The position numbers and the translations under genes were made by a program. The notes beneath the pieces were generated by a model that was given only the letters and a program-made list of their open reading frames with translations, was not told where the DNA came from and made no database searches. DNA of 64,000 nt from Spirochaetia bacterium (lineage in GTDB: Bacteria > Spirochaetota > Spirochaetia > DSM-16054 > Sediminispirochaetaceae), in assembly GCA_034520965.1 (NCBI GenBank), contig JAXHMY010000009.1, positions 32,001 through 96,000 on the forward strand. Direction: 5' to 3'. Of this stretch, positions 9,733-20,108 are shown piece after piece (positions within the stretch are counted from its first letter, which is position 1; each line of letters starts with the position of its first letter).

Positions 9733-12420
9733 ATGTCTTCTCCGGTACTGGCTACAAAGCTCTTTATCCCGCCTCTGCCGCCGAAAGTACTGAAACGACC
9801 CCGTCTTATGGAGCGGATGAATGAAGGGTTACACAGAAAAGTGACTCTCGTCTCCGCGGCCGCGGGCTTCGGTAAAACTACACTTATCAGTGAATGGGTA
9901 GCGGAGACCGAACTGCCGGTAGCCTGGGTCTCTTTGGATGAAGAACATAACGATCCCTCCCGCTTTCTTGTATATCTCATTTCCGCGGTACAAAAGCTTG
10001 CCCCGGATACATGCACGGGGGTACTTCACTCTCTTATGTCTCCTCAGCCGCCGCCGGCAGACACGGCGGTGACCGTGGTAATAAATGAGCTATCCCAGCT
10101 TTCCCTCCGGTTTGTACTTGTGCTTGATGATTACCATGTGCTGAACGCTTTGCCGGTAGATAGAGTGCTTACCTTTCTTGTGGAGAACCTTCCTCCCCGT
10201 CTTCATCTGGTGATTGCCAGCCGGGAAGATCCGCCGCTTCCTCTGCCGCGGCTTCGGGCTAAAGGTCAGCTGGCTGAGATACGGGCTGCGGAGCTCCGCT
10301 TTCTTCCGGGGGAAGCAGTAGAGCTCTTTACTACACTGATGGGGCTGAGGATAAGCGAGAACGGAATGAAAGCTCTCTCTGCGCGCACCGAGGGATGGAT
10401 CGCAGGGCTGCAATTGGCCGCGATTTCCCTGCAAGGGTCGCAAGATCCTGACCAATTTGTCCGGGCCTTTACGGGGAGCAACCGCTATATTCTTGATTAC
10501 CTCGTGGAGGAGGTTCTGCTGCAGCAGTCTGAAGAGATACAGGAGTTTCTCCTTCAGACCTCCATCCTTGACCGGTTGTGCGGGCCTTTGTGTGATGCGG
10601 TATATGGCAATGCGAACATAAAGGGGAGGGACACCCTTTTATACCTGGAACGTTCTAACCTCTTCATTGTCCCCCTGGATGATCAGCGTCTTTGGTTCCG
10701 GTACCATCATCTCTTTGCCGAGTTTCTGCAGCAACGGCTGTTGAACAAAGCCGGCTCCATCTCTTTAGAAGAAAAAGGAATTGTGAAAACACTTCATGTC
10801 AGGGCCTCCGAATGGTTTGAACAAAACAACTATGATCTGGAGGCCTTCCAGCATGCTGCGGCGGCAATGGACATAGACCGGGCCGCGGGGCTTATAGAGG
10901 GAAAGGGCATGCCTCTGCATCTGCGCGGGGCGGTGTATCCGGTACTCAATTGGCTTGAATCACTTTCCGGAAAGATTCTTAAGAACCGGCCTGTTCTGAA
11001 TATTATGCACGCTTCCGCCCTGCTCTATGTGGGTAAAACCGGCGGGGTGGAAGAGAAGCTGAGAATGGCCGAGGAGGTACTTCGTCAGGAAGAGCAGAGT
11101 GAGCGGAACCGCGATCTTATCGGGCATATTGCCACAATCCGGGCGTCTTTGGCCCTGAGCCGCCACGACAGTGAAGGTATCTTCCTGCAGACCCGGCGGG
11201 CCCTGGAGTATCTGCACCAGGAAAACATTCCCGTAAGAACAGCTACCACATGGCTGCTCGGCTACGCCTATCATCTCAGCCAGGATTATGACAAAGCCCT
11301 TGAACACTACAACCAGGCAGTCTTGGTGAGTGAAAAAATTGGTCATTTTATTGTCACCATTTCCTGTTATCTTGGTATCGGAGAAATCCAGGAACTAAAG
11401 GGGCGGCTGCGCAAAGCAAAAGGAACATACGTAAAAATATTAGACATAGCCGGGGAATACCCCATGCCCGTGGCCGCAGAAGCCTACATGGGGCTTGCCC
11501 GTATCTCGTATGAATGGAATGACCTATCTGCAGCAGAAGAGTATGCTACGGCAGGTACAGAGCTGGCGCAACAATTGGAAAATACCGACAGACCTGTCGC
11601 CTGCGATGTTTTTTGGGCCAGGTTGATGTGTGCAAAAGGCGATTCGACTGCAGCCTTGTCGCTATTAAGAGAAGCCCGGGAAACCGCACGGGAAAAGGGT
11701 TTTTCACGCATTCTCCCCGAAATAGTCCAGGCCCGGATAGAACTCCTTGTACGGGAGAAGCAGATTTCCCGTGCCGCCACCCTTTTCGATGAAGCTCTTG
11801 CCGATGAAGGCCTTGCCACTGAAGCGCATCTTCTGCTGTGTTCAACCAGGCTGCTTTTGGCCCAGAGACAGTTTTCCCAGGCCCTGGAAAAGGTAAACCA
11901 CTACTGCAGTGTAATGGAAAAGAGCTTCCTGTCTAAGGAAGAGCTGCAAGGGGCGCTTCTTCTCTCAGCGGCTCTTTACGCTTCGGGTAAGCCCGAGGAG
12001 GCCCAGGATCTGTTCAATCACCTGCTGATACACTGTGAAGCAGAGGGCTTCATCCGGAGTTTTGTAGACCAGGGGCAGCCGGCGGATGCACTGCTCTCTA
12101 AAGCAATCGCCCAGGGAATTACTCCCCAATACGCGGAAAAAGTGCTGCTGGCATTTCATGAAGTATGGCAGACTGACGGGGCGGTTGATTCTGTTACCGA
12201 AGAATCAATGAAAACACTAGACCAATTAAGCCCCCGGGAATTAGAAGTACTTGCATTAGTTGCGCGGGGACTTTCTAATACCGAGATTAGCGAAAAGCTT
12301 TTCATTTCCTTAAGCACAGTGAAAGGACATAACCGGCAAATCTTTGAGAAACTGCAGGTAAACCGTCGGACTGAGGCCGTTGCAAAAGCCCGGGAGCTGG
12401 GGCTTCTGTACACAGAATAA
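9733..12420 (+). CDS. MalT-like STAND ATPase/LuxR regulator
   Basis: AAAGFGKTT, LVLDDYH, TEGWIAGL, FRYHHLF, C-terminal LSPRELEV HTH; 895 aa. Confidence 0.93.
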   Translation: MSSPVLATKLFIPPLPPKVLKRPRLMERMNEGLHRKVTLVSAAAGFGKTTLISEWVAETELPVAWVSLDEEHNDPSRFLVYLISAVQKLAPDTCTGVLHSLMSPQPPPADTAVTVVINELSQLSLRFVLVLDDYHVLNALPVDRVLTFLVENLPPRLHLVIASREDPPLPLPRLRAKGQLAEIRAAELRFLPGEAVELFTTLMGLRISENGMKALSARTEGWIAGLQLAAISLQGSQDPDQFVRAFTGSNRYILDYLVEEVLLQQSEEIQEFLLQTSILDRLCGPLCDAVYGNANIKGRDTLLYLERSNLFIVPLDDQRLWFRYHHLFAEFLQQRLLNKAGSISLEEKGIVKTLHVRASEWFEQNNYDLEAFQHAAAAMDIDRAAGLIEGKGMPLHLRGAVYPVLNWLESLSGKILKNRPVLNIMHASALLYVGKTGGVEEKLRMAEEVLRQEEQSERNRDLIGHIATIRASLALSRHDSEGIFLQTRRALEYLHQENIPVRTATTWLLGYAYHLSQDYDKALEHYNQAVLVSEKIGHFIVTISCYLGIGEIQELKGRLRKAKGTYVKILDIAGEYPMPVAAEAYMGLARISYEWNDLSAAEEYATAGTELAQQLENTDRPVACDVFWARLMCAKGDSTAALSLLREARETAREKGFSRILPEIVQARIELLVREKQISRAATLFDEALADEGLATEAHLLLCSTRLLLAQRQFSQALEKVNHYCSVMEKSFLSKEELQGALLLSAALYASGKPEEAQDLFNHLLIHCEAEGFIRSFVDQGQPADALLSKAIAQGITPQYAEKVLLAFHEVWQTDGAVDSVTEESMKTLDQLSPRELEVLALVARGLSNTEISEKLFISLSTVKGHNRQIFEKLQVNRRTEAVAKARELGLLYTE

Positions 12421-12485
12421 GAACAGTACCAAAAACAGTACTTAAGTAGCATTACAAGCCTCCTTTACACCCTCTAAAATACCGT

Positions 12486-12683
12486 ATGGACAGGAGCAAT
12501 TACATAATCAGGGTGCGCGGCCACCTGGATGAACAGTGGAGCGGCTGGTTCCAAGGTATGCGCATAAGTCTGGAAGACGACGGAACCACTGTACTCTCCG
12601 GGTATCTGGAGGATCAGGCGGCACTATTTGGGGTGCTGAAAAAAATCCGTGATCTGGGACTACCCTTGTTATCCATTGATTAG
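12486..12683 (+). CDS. Small conserved protein typically next to MalT-like regulators
   Basis: YIIRVRGHLDEQWSGWF...DQAALFGVL...DLGLPLLS pattern. Confidence 0.75.
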   Translation: MDRSNYIIRVRGHLDEQWSGWFQGMRISLEDDGTTVLSGYLEDQAALFGVLKKIRDLGLPLLSID

Positions 12684-12737
12684 GGGGTATGTGAAATGCT
12701 TGGAAATAAAATGATAGAATACAAAGGGGAGATCATT

Positions 12738-13658
12738 ATGAAAGCAGTAATATTTGATAAAAAAAGCTCTACAGAAAGATTAACCTACTGTGATGTTGAG
12801 GAGCCTGTCCCAACTGACAATGAACTTTTAATAGAAATCCACGCAGCATCTATAAACGCTGCAGATTATCGAATGATGCAAATGGGTTTTCCTCCAAAAA
12901 AGAACATATTTGGAGCTGATGTTTCTGGCATTGTTGAGTCGGTTGGTAAAAATGTCAATGCATTTAAACCAGGTGACCATGTAATAGGTGAGCTTTCCGG
13001 TTGTGGATTTGGGGGCTTGGCTGAATATGTTGCTGCCCCGGAGAAGGCTTTCATAATAAAACCTGATGAAATTTCATTTGAAGATGCAGCATCATTTCCT
13101 CTTGCAGCAACAACGGCCTTGCAGGCATTACGTAATAAAGGCGAAGTCAAAAAAGGCTGGCAGGTACTAATAATAGGTAGCAGTGGCGGAGTTGGGACAT
13201 ATGCACTTCAAATCGCCAAATATTATGATGCGATCGTGACTGGAGTATGCAGTTCAAAAAATGAAGAACAAAATCGTTTATTAGGTGCAGATTATGTAAT
13301 TGATTATAACAAGGTAAATCTATCCCAATTAGAAAGCCGCTATGACCTTGTATTAGGAATTAATGGTAATTATTCACTGATCCTATGTAAAAAACTTTTA
13401 AAGAGACGTGGCAGGTACATTATGGTTGGTGGATCTTTACAACAGATATTCAAGTCGATTTTATTTGGATGGATGATGTCTTTTGACTCCAAAAAGATGA
13501 GTTCTCTTGCCGCTAAATCAAGCGCTGAAGATATGAAGTTTGTAATTAACCTTGTTTTAGAAGGGAAAATCCGACCTGTGATTGATAGAAGCTTCAGACT
13601 CAGTGAAACTGCAGATGCGGTTCGATATATTAAAGAACAGCATGCAAAGGAAAAGTAA
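12738..13658 (+). CDS. NAD(P)-dependent alcohol dehydrogenase/quinone oxidoreductase (MDR family)
   Basis: GSSGGVGTYALQIAK, LGADYVIDY; AT-rich; probable single-base frameshift near 13646 changes HAKGKVII to HAKEK*. Confidence 0.88.
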   Translation: MKAVIFDKKSSTERLTYCDVEEPVPTDNELLIEIHAASINAADYRMMQMGFPPKKNIFGADVSGIVESVGKNVNAFKPGDHVIGELSGCGFGGLAEYVAAPEKAFIIKPDEISFEDAASFPLAATTALQALRNKGEVKKGWQVLIIGSSGGVGTYALQIAKYYDAIVTGVCSSKNEEQNRLLGADYVIDYNKVNLSQLESRYDLVLGINGNYSLILCKKLLKRRGRYIMVGGSLQQIFKSILFGWMMSFDSKKMSSLAAKSSAEDMKFVINLVLEGKIRPVIDRSFRLSETADAVRYIKEQHAKEK

Positions 13659-13707
13659 TTATAAAAGGCAGATGAGAATCATAATGATTGTATATTTCCA
13701 AGCACAT

Positions 13708-13795
13708 CACATAAAAGCGAGTACCCGCTTGCGCTACGCTCCGCCCAGATTGTCTCCCGTTGGTCGCCAACATCAGGTACTCGCAGAAAGGTATG
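13708..13795 (+). mobile_element. Degenerate integron attC-like site
   Basis: R'' CACATAAAA, paired arms GCGAGTACC (13717-13725)/GGTACTCGC (13776-13784), R'-like GGTATG; internal TCCCGTTGGTCG. Confidence 0.6.
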
Positions 13796-14320
13796 AACAT
13801 GAACGCAGTTGTGTATAAAAAATACGGTGGCCCCGAGGTGCTCCACACAGCAGAGATAGAGAAGCCGGAGCCGGAAAAAAACGAGGTGAGAGTAAAAGTA
13901 TATGCCGCAGGGGTAAACTTCGGAGACCTCACCGCACGCAATTTCAGGAGTATTTCTCCAGGAGCTTTTACCATGCCCTTCCTTTTCTGGGTCTTAGCCC
14001 GTTTTGCCTTCGGTCTCACAAAACCCAAACAGCCCATTTTAGGCAATGAGTTTGCCGGTGTGGTGGATACCACAGGTGCGGACATAAAGAAGTTTAGAAA
14101 GGGACAGCACGTATTCGGGTATACCGGGGAGAAGATGGGTGCGTACGCTCAGTATCTCTGTATCGGTGAAGACAGTTTTCTGCGACAAGCCTGAGGGGAT
14201 GAGTTTCGAAGAAGGCGCAGTTTTCCCATGGAAGAAGCTTCCGGGGCCCACCGGTATGTGGAACAGGGGGAGAGAAAAGGGCCTGTGGTTATTGTGATGA
14301 AAAGAGAAGGAGGATCAGAT
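13793..14320 (+). pseudogene. MDR-family dehydrogenase, frameshifted and internally deleted
   Basis: N-terminal about 130 aa (YGGPEVL, ILGNEFAGVV) then C-terminal FPMEEASGAHRYVEQGERKGPVVI; NAD-binding middle absent. Confidence 0.8.
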
Positions 14321-15008
14321 GGAAAATAGAAGAAAGATATCAGCCATAGTAGGTGTGCTGTACATTTTGGGTACGGTGTTCGGAATTGCCAGTGTGGCAC
14401 TGATGAATCCACTTTCAAACGCGGAGAACTATTTAATAGAGATAGCCGGAAATAATGTTAGGTATATTAGCGGAGCCATTGCGGTGCTGCTGATGGGAGT
14501 ATCCCTCACCTTTATACCTATAGTCTTATTCCCTATCCTGAAACGGAACTATGAGAAGTCAGCTCTTGTGTGTCTTGTGTTTAGGAGCGGATTGGAGATG
14601 GTAAATTACATCTTTGCAGCGCTCCTTGCCCTGGCTCTCTTAGCCTTGGCTGAGAATAGTGTGCAGCTCACTTCAGACGCTGGAATAGCCTACCTTATAG
14701 GGGACACTCTAAAAGAGCTCTACGGAAACCCTGTACTGGTAATTGTCTTCAGCATCTATGCGGCTACCTTATATGCGGTTTTCTACCGGAGTAAACTTAT
14801 TCCCCGCTGGATCTCCCTGTTTGGTCTTGTTGCCATTGCCCTCCATTTCTCTGCCGGGCTCCTGCTGCTCTTTGGTTTGCAGGAAGATTTCTCGTCATCA
14901 AATCTGATCATGAATTTCCCCATCTTTCTTCAGGAAATGGTGATGGCCTTCTATCTGATTTACAAAGGATTTAGCAAAGAGGCCCTGCTTGGGGAGGCGG
15001 TTAGTTAG
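14319..15008 (+). CDS. DUF4386-family membrane protein
   Basis: Multi-TM; SKLIPRWIS, EMVMAFYLIYKGF motifs. Confidence 0.8.
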   Translation: MENRRKISAIVGVLYILGTVFGIASVALMNPLSNAENYLIEIAGNNVRYISGAIAVLLMGVSLTFIPIVLFPILKRNYEKSALVCLVFRSGLEMVNYIFAALLALALLALAENSVQLTSDAGIAYLIGDTLKELYGNPVLVIVFSIYAATLYAVFYRSKLIPRWISLFGLVAIALHFSAGLLLLFGLQEDFSSSNLIMNFPIFLQEMVMAFYLIYKGFSKEALLGEAVS

Positions 15009-15014
15009 GAATTG

Positions 15015-15097
15015 AGGCTGTCCCACAACCTTTTTTGAGTATCAGACACATATAGTGGTGATTGTAATAGCACCATATATGATGGTTTGGACAGCCT
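15015..15097. repeat. 83 bp element with terminal inverted repeats between convergent genes
   Basis: AGGCTGTCC...GGACAGCCT ends plus internal imperfect stem. Confidence 0.5.
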
Positions 15098-15100
15098 GAA

Positions 15101-16702
15101 TTAGCGTTTCAGGCAGCGCTTGGCGGCGATCCTGCCGGTCATGATGGCGGTAGGGCCGCCGGCCGGGCTATAGACCCACTTGCCTGCGGCGTACACGTCG
15201 GGCAGGGCGGTCTTCACCGAATTGGCCATGTGGAACATACTCGTCACGACAGGGATCTCCTCCTCAAAGGACCAGCCCACGATGGACCCTTCTGAACTTC
15301 CTGCTTGGTTGAAAATTGTCACAGGGGAGGCGGAAAAGCTGAACAGTATCCTCTCTTGGAGTCCAGGAAAGAGACTCGACGAAATTACCTCGATAAACTC
15401 CTCCTCAACACGCTTTTTGAACTCCTCGTACCATCCGCCGGCAGCTATTCTCACCGTAAGCTCGTAGTCGAACAGGGCGCTGATGATGAGGCCTGTCTTG
15501 CCTGCAGGTGCCGCATCAGGGTCGCGTAAAGCCGGGATTGATATCTCAAAGGTGTTGAAGCGGCAGAAGCGGCGCAACCATTTGTACACCTCATCTTTCC
15601 TCACTGTATCCCAACGGTCCAGCAGCTTTTTTAGCTCCAGAGTATGAACCTGACCAAGCCCTCTCCGGTTGGGTGTGTAGAACACATGCCCGCTTGCACG
15701 CTTCCCGAAGCTCTCGGGCGGCAGATCCGCCGCTGCGAACACCGTGAATACCGACTCGGCGCCCTTGCCCGCCAGTGTATTCTTCCTGCGCCGGGCGAAC
15801 AGCGTCTGATCCTTCTTCCCGAAGCCATCGACCGTGCTCGAGGCATACAACGCCTTCAAGTCGCCTGCCCAGATCATCTTGTTATAACGGTATACCCCGC
15901 CGGCCGAATCGATGATCTTTTTATCATGGCCCTCCACCCGGACTATCTCGGTTTCGTACCGGATCTCGCCGTCGTGCTTCCGTATCGCCTCGACCAGGGT
16001 TTCGATGAATGCGCCTACGCCTCCCCTGGGGTAGATATAGTCATTATAGAGTGCGAAGTAGCTCAAGGCGAAGAACACCGGTGTATTCCTGAAAAAGTGC
16101 TGGCCGATGATATCCTTGAGGGATTGGTTGGACGAGATCGCATCCAGGTACTCCTCGAAGGGCGTATCCATCTTAGAGATGCGGTACAGGGTTCTGAAAA
16201 ATTTGAGGGTCCAGGCGATCACCGAAGGAGCAATCGTGAGGATGTTTCTTTTCTTTTTCGTGAACAGAGGATTATCGACTCCGTAGAGAACCTTCATATC
16301 TTCGATGATTTTGTGAATGGCGGGGATGATCCTGTCGACATCGGCCCCGCTCTCGGGATATAGCTCCTTGAGCAGCCCGGCGTAGGCGTTCAGACTTTCT
16401 TCACCGTCGATAACAAGTGTTTTATCCTCTATGCCGAGGGTGATAGGATTCGGCAGCACCTGGATATCGAGGTTGAACTCCTTGATGAGAGGCTTCACAA
16501 GGCCGGCGTTGACCAGAGCTCTGGCGCCGCCTTCGAAACGGAAGCCCTTGCGCATAAAGGAGTTCATAAGACCCCCGCAATGCTCATTCTTCTCGATAAG
16601 GAGCACATCCTTACCTTTGTGCGCCAGCGTAAGGGCCGCAGTGAGCCCCGCAATGCCGCCGCCGACCACTATTATATCTTTATCTATTATATTTTTATCC
16701 AT
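15101..16702 (-). CDS. Phytoene-desaturase-family FAD oxidoreductase
   Basis: VVGGGIAGL, EKNEHCGG, YPRGG, APAGK, GSIVGW motifs. Confidence 0.88.
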   Translation of the reverse strand: MDKNIIDKDIIVVGGGIAGLTAALTLAHKGKDVLLIEKNEHCGGLMNSFMRKGFRFEGGARALVNAGLVKPLIKEFNLDIQVLPNPITLGIEDKTLVIDGEESLNAYAGLLKELYPESGADVDRIIPAIHKIIEDMKVLYGVDNPLFTKKKRNILTIAPSVIAWTLKFFRTLYRISKMDTPFEEYLDAISSNQSLKDIIGQHFFRNTPVFFALSYFALYNDYIYPRGGVGAFIETLVEAIRKHDGEIRYETEIVRVEGHDKKIIDSAGGVYRYNKMIWAGDLKALYASSTVDGFGKKDQTLFARRRKNTLAGKGAESVFTVFAAADLPPESFGKRASGHVFYTPNRRGLGQVHTLELKKLLDRWDTVRKDEVYKWLRRFCRFNTFEISIPALRDPDAAPAGKTGLIISALFDYELTVRIAAGGWYEEFKKRVEEEFIEVISSSLFPGLQERILFSFSASPVTIFNQAGSSEGSIVGWSFEEEIPVVTSMFHMANSVKTALPDVYAAGKWVYSPAGGPTAIMTGRIAAKRCLKR

Positions 16703-17667
16703 CACAGCGCTACCCCTTTTCCGTGCAGGAGCTCCATCGTCCACATCCAGAGAGCCTCGGCTGCCTCCCGGTCCAGGGCCGGCGGGGCCATCTCCTCCTC
16801 CTTCGTCAGGTGGAAAAACCTATCGCTTATCCCATCCACCTCGTCTGAAGCACCCAGGTAATAGAGTGCCTCGGCCGAGATTTCGGGGGATGCCGAATTC
16901 TTATCGATGATATTCTTTTTATACCATTGATAGAATCTGCCGTTGTCCTTACCCGTCTCTGTCCGCACCATGCCCGGGTGCATGGCGTTTACTGTCACAT
17001 TATACGACTTCAGCTCTTCAGCGAAAGGATGCATCGAAAGAAGCTGAGCAAGCTTCCCCGCCCCGTAAGCCTTGATCCCGGAATACCTTCGGCGTTCCCA
17101 CTGAAGATCATCAAGATCCAGGCCCCAGACCGCAAAGCGGTAAGCTTCCGATCCCACAAAGATGATCCTTCCCCTCCTGTCCCGGGACAGTTTCGGTATG
17201 AGCTTATTCGTGATAACGAAAGGGGCCAGATAATGCAGTGCAAAATTCACTTCTATCCCGTCGGAAGTCACTGTGCGCCTGGCCAGATGCAGTCCGGCAT
17301 TGTGGATAAGGACCTCTATAGGCCTCTCAAGAGCCTCAAGGTAAGCCGCAGCCCCCTCAATATCCTCCAATATGGAGAGATCTGCCAGAAAATACTCGAT
17401 AGAGGTACCAAAGTCCTCGCCTATTACCTTACAGACCCGAGCTGATTTCTCTTTGCTCCTGTTGATCATGATGATATCTGCACCCATGGAGGCATACTTC
17501 CGCGCTGTGTGGTAACCAACACCCGAACTTGCCCCCGTTATGACCACCAGCCTGTCGTGGAACGGCTTCTCGCATCGCTTCGGCTCTACCTTCATGTTTT
17601 TTATCATGGCAAAAACGTTCGACCATTTATACTGCGGCCAATACCGCCGCATCGCCCCCTGTGTCAT
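16702..17667 (-). CDS. Short-chain dehydrogenase/reductase
   Basis: TGASSGVG, HNAG, YGAGK, HPGMVRT; TGATG coupling to next gene. Confidence 0.92.
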   Translation of the reverse strand: MTQGAMRRYWPQYKWSNVFAMIKNMKVEPKRCEKPFHDRLVVITGASSGVGYHTARKYASMGADIIMINRSKEKSARVCKVIGEDFGTSIEYFLADLSILEDIEGAAAYLEALERPIEVLIHNAGLHLARRTVTSDGIEVNFALHYLAPFVITNKLIPKLSRDRRGRIIFVGSEAYRFAVWGLDLDDLQWERRRYSGIKAYGAGKLAQLLSMHPFAEELKSYNVTVNAMHPGMVRTETGKDNGRFYQWYKKNIIDKNSASPEISAEALYYLGASDEVDGISDRFFHLTKEEEMAPPALDREAAEALWMWTMELLHGKGVAL

Positions 17668-17800
17668 GCAAAGCCCCTCACCTGTTGTACCATAATAGTA
17701 AGCGTTCAGCCATTTCCGGGCAATACCGGAATAGCATCTATCCTATATTCTGGCCTTCTATACTTGCCTTCCCCAATGAAATGTGGTCCAATAGAAAGCT

Positions 17801-18400
17801 ATGAAGACAAAGTACATCCTATTCGTCTCCCTGACCATCATGGCGGGGCTGATTGCCTTTGCTCTTTTCTTCCGGGAAGAGTTTATTGCAGTGCTCAACC
17901 AACCTACCTTGTACAGTCATGCCCTCTTCGTCCATGTTACTGCGGCCAGCTTCTTCTTTGCCAACGCCGTCATAGGTATGCTCTGGGAAATGCGAAGCCT
18001 CGCCAGCGGCCGCAAAGAGGTGATTCTCCATACCTATGCTACTGTAGCCTGGCTGGATGCCCGCTTCTCGTCGCCCCTCATTGTCCTGTCCCTCGTCGCG
18101 GGCCTTTCACTCAGCTTCATGATGGGAGAGCTCTGGGAGATCGGTTGGCTTTCACTGGGCTTTGTTCTCTTCCTGCTCTCCGGTCTCATCTGGATAGTAA
18201 GCGATATCCCCACCCAGTACAGGGTGAAAAGGCTCATGGCCAACCTCGACCCCGGCGACCCCTCCCTGCCGGAAGAGCTGCTCCGGCTCTTCAAGCTGCG
18301 CTGGCGGATAGGGCTGGCGGGCGTCGCGCCTCTGGTGGTCGTCTTTATCCTTATGGTCTACAAGCCCGATATACCCACCCTGGCCTCGTGGTTCCGCTGA
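17801..18400 (+). CDS. DUF2269-like membrane protein
   Basis: Multi-TM, C-terminal LMVYKP motif. Confidence 0.7.
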   Translation: MKTKYILFVSLTIMAGLIAFALFFREEFIAVLNQPTLYSHALFVHVTAASFFFANAVIGMLWEMRSLASGRKEVILHTYATVAWLDARFSSPLIVLSLVAGLSLSFMMGELWEIGWLSLGFVLFLLSGLIWIVSDIPTQYRVKRLMANLDPGDPSLPEELLRLFKLRWRIGLAGVAPLVVVFILMVYKPDIPTLASWFR

Positions 18401-18557
18401 TAGATAGAGAAAGGGAGCATGTGTTCAAATCGCGTCTGAGGCAATATAAATACTTCAATCATATAGATTTAAGGATCACTAAAAATTATGGTGGTCTTGA
18501 CCCATGGGTCTACCCAATAGTATACTGAGGAAGTTAAGAATGATTTAGAGTATTAAA

Positions 18558-19997
18558 ATGGACGACACGGACAAAAATCGATACCAGTTGCTCTTTCAAG
18601 ACACCTCTTTTGCTGAGGCGCTCTCCAGCATTGGTTTCTTCGCCACCTACTACCCTACCGGCGAGAGCATCGTCAGCGATCTGTGGCCGGCCCAGGGGTT
18701 TAAGCAGGAAGAGTTCGGCAAGGACCTCCGGTGGATCCGGAAAGTCCACCCCGATGATCGGGATCGCATCCAAGCCGCCGCGGGCGCGGTGTATCGCGGA
18801 GATAAGCTCTCCTATGAGGAAGAGTTTCGTATTCTCCACGAGGATGGATCGTACCGGAGGGTGTTTGCTCGGGGGAAGACGATCGCAACTAACTCCGAGG
18901 GGTGGCCGAAACTCTTTGTGGGGGTCGATACCGACGTGAGTCGCTTCAAGACCGTGGAGGCTCACCTGCAGCAACAAAATGCAAACCTGGAAACACTGCA
19001 GGAGGTGGCTGCAGTTATCGGTTCGTCCTTGGACCTCCAGGAGACGGTTCGCCGCATTCTCAAGCATACCCAGCGAATCATTCCGTATGACACCGCCACC
19101 GTCCAGCTTCTGCAGAACGGAGAACTCAAGGTCATAGGCGGGTTCGGTTTCGAGGATCTCAACGAAATCATGAAGCTCCGCTTTTCATACCCGGAGGCGG
19201 GTAACTTGACCACCGAAGTAATTGATGGACAAACGCCCCGTATGTCCCCGGACGTGACTCGTGAATTCCCGACCTTCGTGCAACCCAAGCGGGGCCAATC
19301 GATTCGTTCCTGGATAGGAATCCCCCTGATCCACCGCGACGAAGTCATTGGACTCATGACGGTAGACAGCCTCTACTGCGACGCTTACAACCAATCCCAT
19401 GTGAAGCTGGCCGCGACGATCGGCAATCATATCGCGATCGCTCTGGAAAACGCTCGGCTCCATGACCAGACCTATCACATGGCGATGACCGATGGCCTCA
19501 CCAACACCGGCAGCCGCCGTCGCTTTGAAGTAGAAGGGCGCCTGCTCTACGAAAACGCCCAGCGCACCGGTCATTCAGTGGCGGCTCTCATGGTGGATAT
19601 CGATCATTTCAAGTTGGTAAACGACCGCTATGGTCATGACGCCGGCGATCAGATCCTCCGACGTGTTGCAAAAGCCTGCGGTAGCGACCTCCGCGGCAGC
19701 GACCTGCTGGCCCGCTACGGCGGCGAGGAGTTTGTGGTGCTGCTGCCGAAAACCGGTGAACAGGAAGCCTCTGCCGCCGCCGAGCGCATGCGATCCCGGG
19801 TGGAAGCGGTGACCCATCCCAAAATCGACGGTCCGGTAACGGTAAGTATCGGAGCGGCGGCTGAAGTCCCGCAAAACGCATCGGGCTTCGAGCAGTTGAT
19901 TAAACGTGCGGACCACGCGTTATACCAAGCCAAAGACTCCGGCCGCAACCGGGTGGTCGTGTCCGATTCGGCTGCGCCGCTTTCAGAATCCGATTGA
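18558..19997 (+). CDS. PAS-GAF diguanylate cyclase
   Basis: VHPDD PAS, GAF, DIDHFKLVND, RYGGEEF. Confidence 0.95.
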   Translation: MDDTDKNRYQLLFQDTSFAEALSSIGFFATYYPTGESIVSDLWPAQGFKQEEFGKDLRWIRKVHPDDRDRIQAAAGAVYRGDKLSYEEEFRILHEDGSYRRVFARGKTIATNSEGWPKLFVGVDTDVSRFKTVEAHLQQQNANLETLQEVAAVIGSSLDLQETVRRILKHTQRIIPYDTATVQLLQNGELKVIGGFGFEDLNEIMKLRFSYPEAGNLTTEVIDGQTPRMSPDVTREFPTFVQPKRGQSIRSWIGIPLIHRDEVIGLMTVDSLYCDAYNQSHVKLAATIGNHIAIALENARLHDQTYHMAMTDGLTNTGSRRRFEVEGRLLYENAQRTGHSVAALMVDIDHFKLVNDRYGHDAGDQILRRVAKACGSDLRGSDLLARYGGEEFVVLLPKTGEQEASAAAERMRSRVEAVTHPKIDGPVTVSIGAAAEVPQNASGFEQLIKRADHALYQAKDSGRNRVVVSDSAAPLSESD

Positions 19998-20032
19998 AGG
20001 CGGCGGCTGCGCAAAAGGCTCATGCCGCAGGA

Positions 20033-20075
20033 ATTCTAAATTTGAAAATTTTAATAAAATTTTCAAATTTAGAAT
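20033..20075. repeat. Perfect 20 bp inverted repeat (3 nt spacer)
   Basis: ATTCTAAATTTGAAAATTTT-AAT-AAAATTTTCAAATTTAGAAT. Confidence 0.9.
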
Positions 20076-20108
20076 GCTCACATTGTTGCTAATTGTATTG
20101 CGCATTTA

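Noticed and set aside
15044..15086. Tandem NrdR boxes
   Set aside because: Only partial match and located between two gene 3' ends with no ribonucleotide reductase gene nearby.
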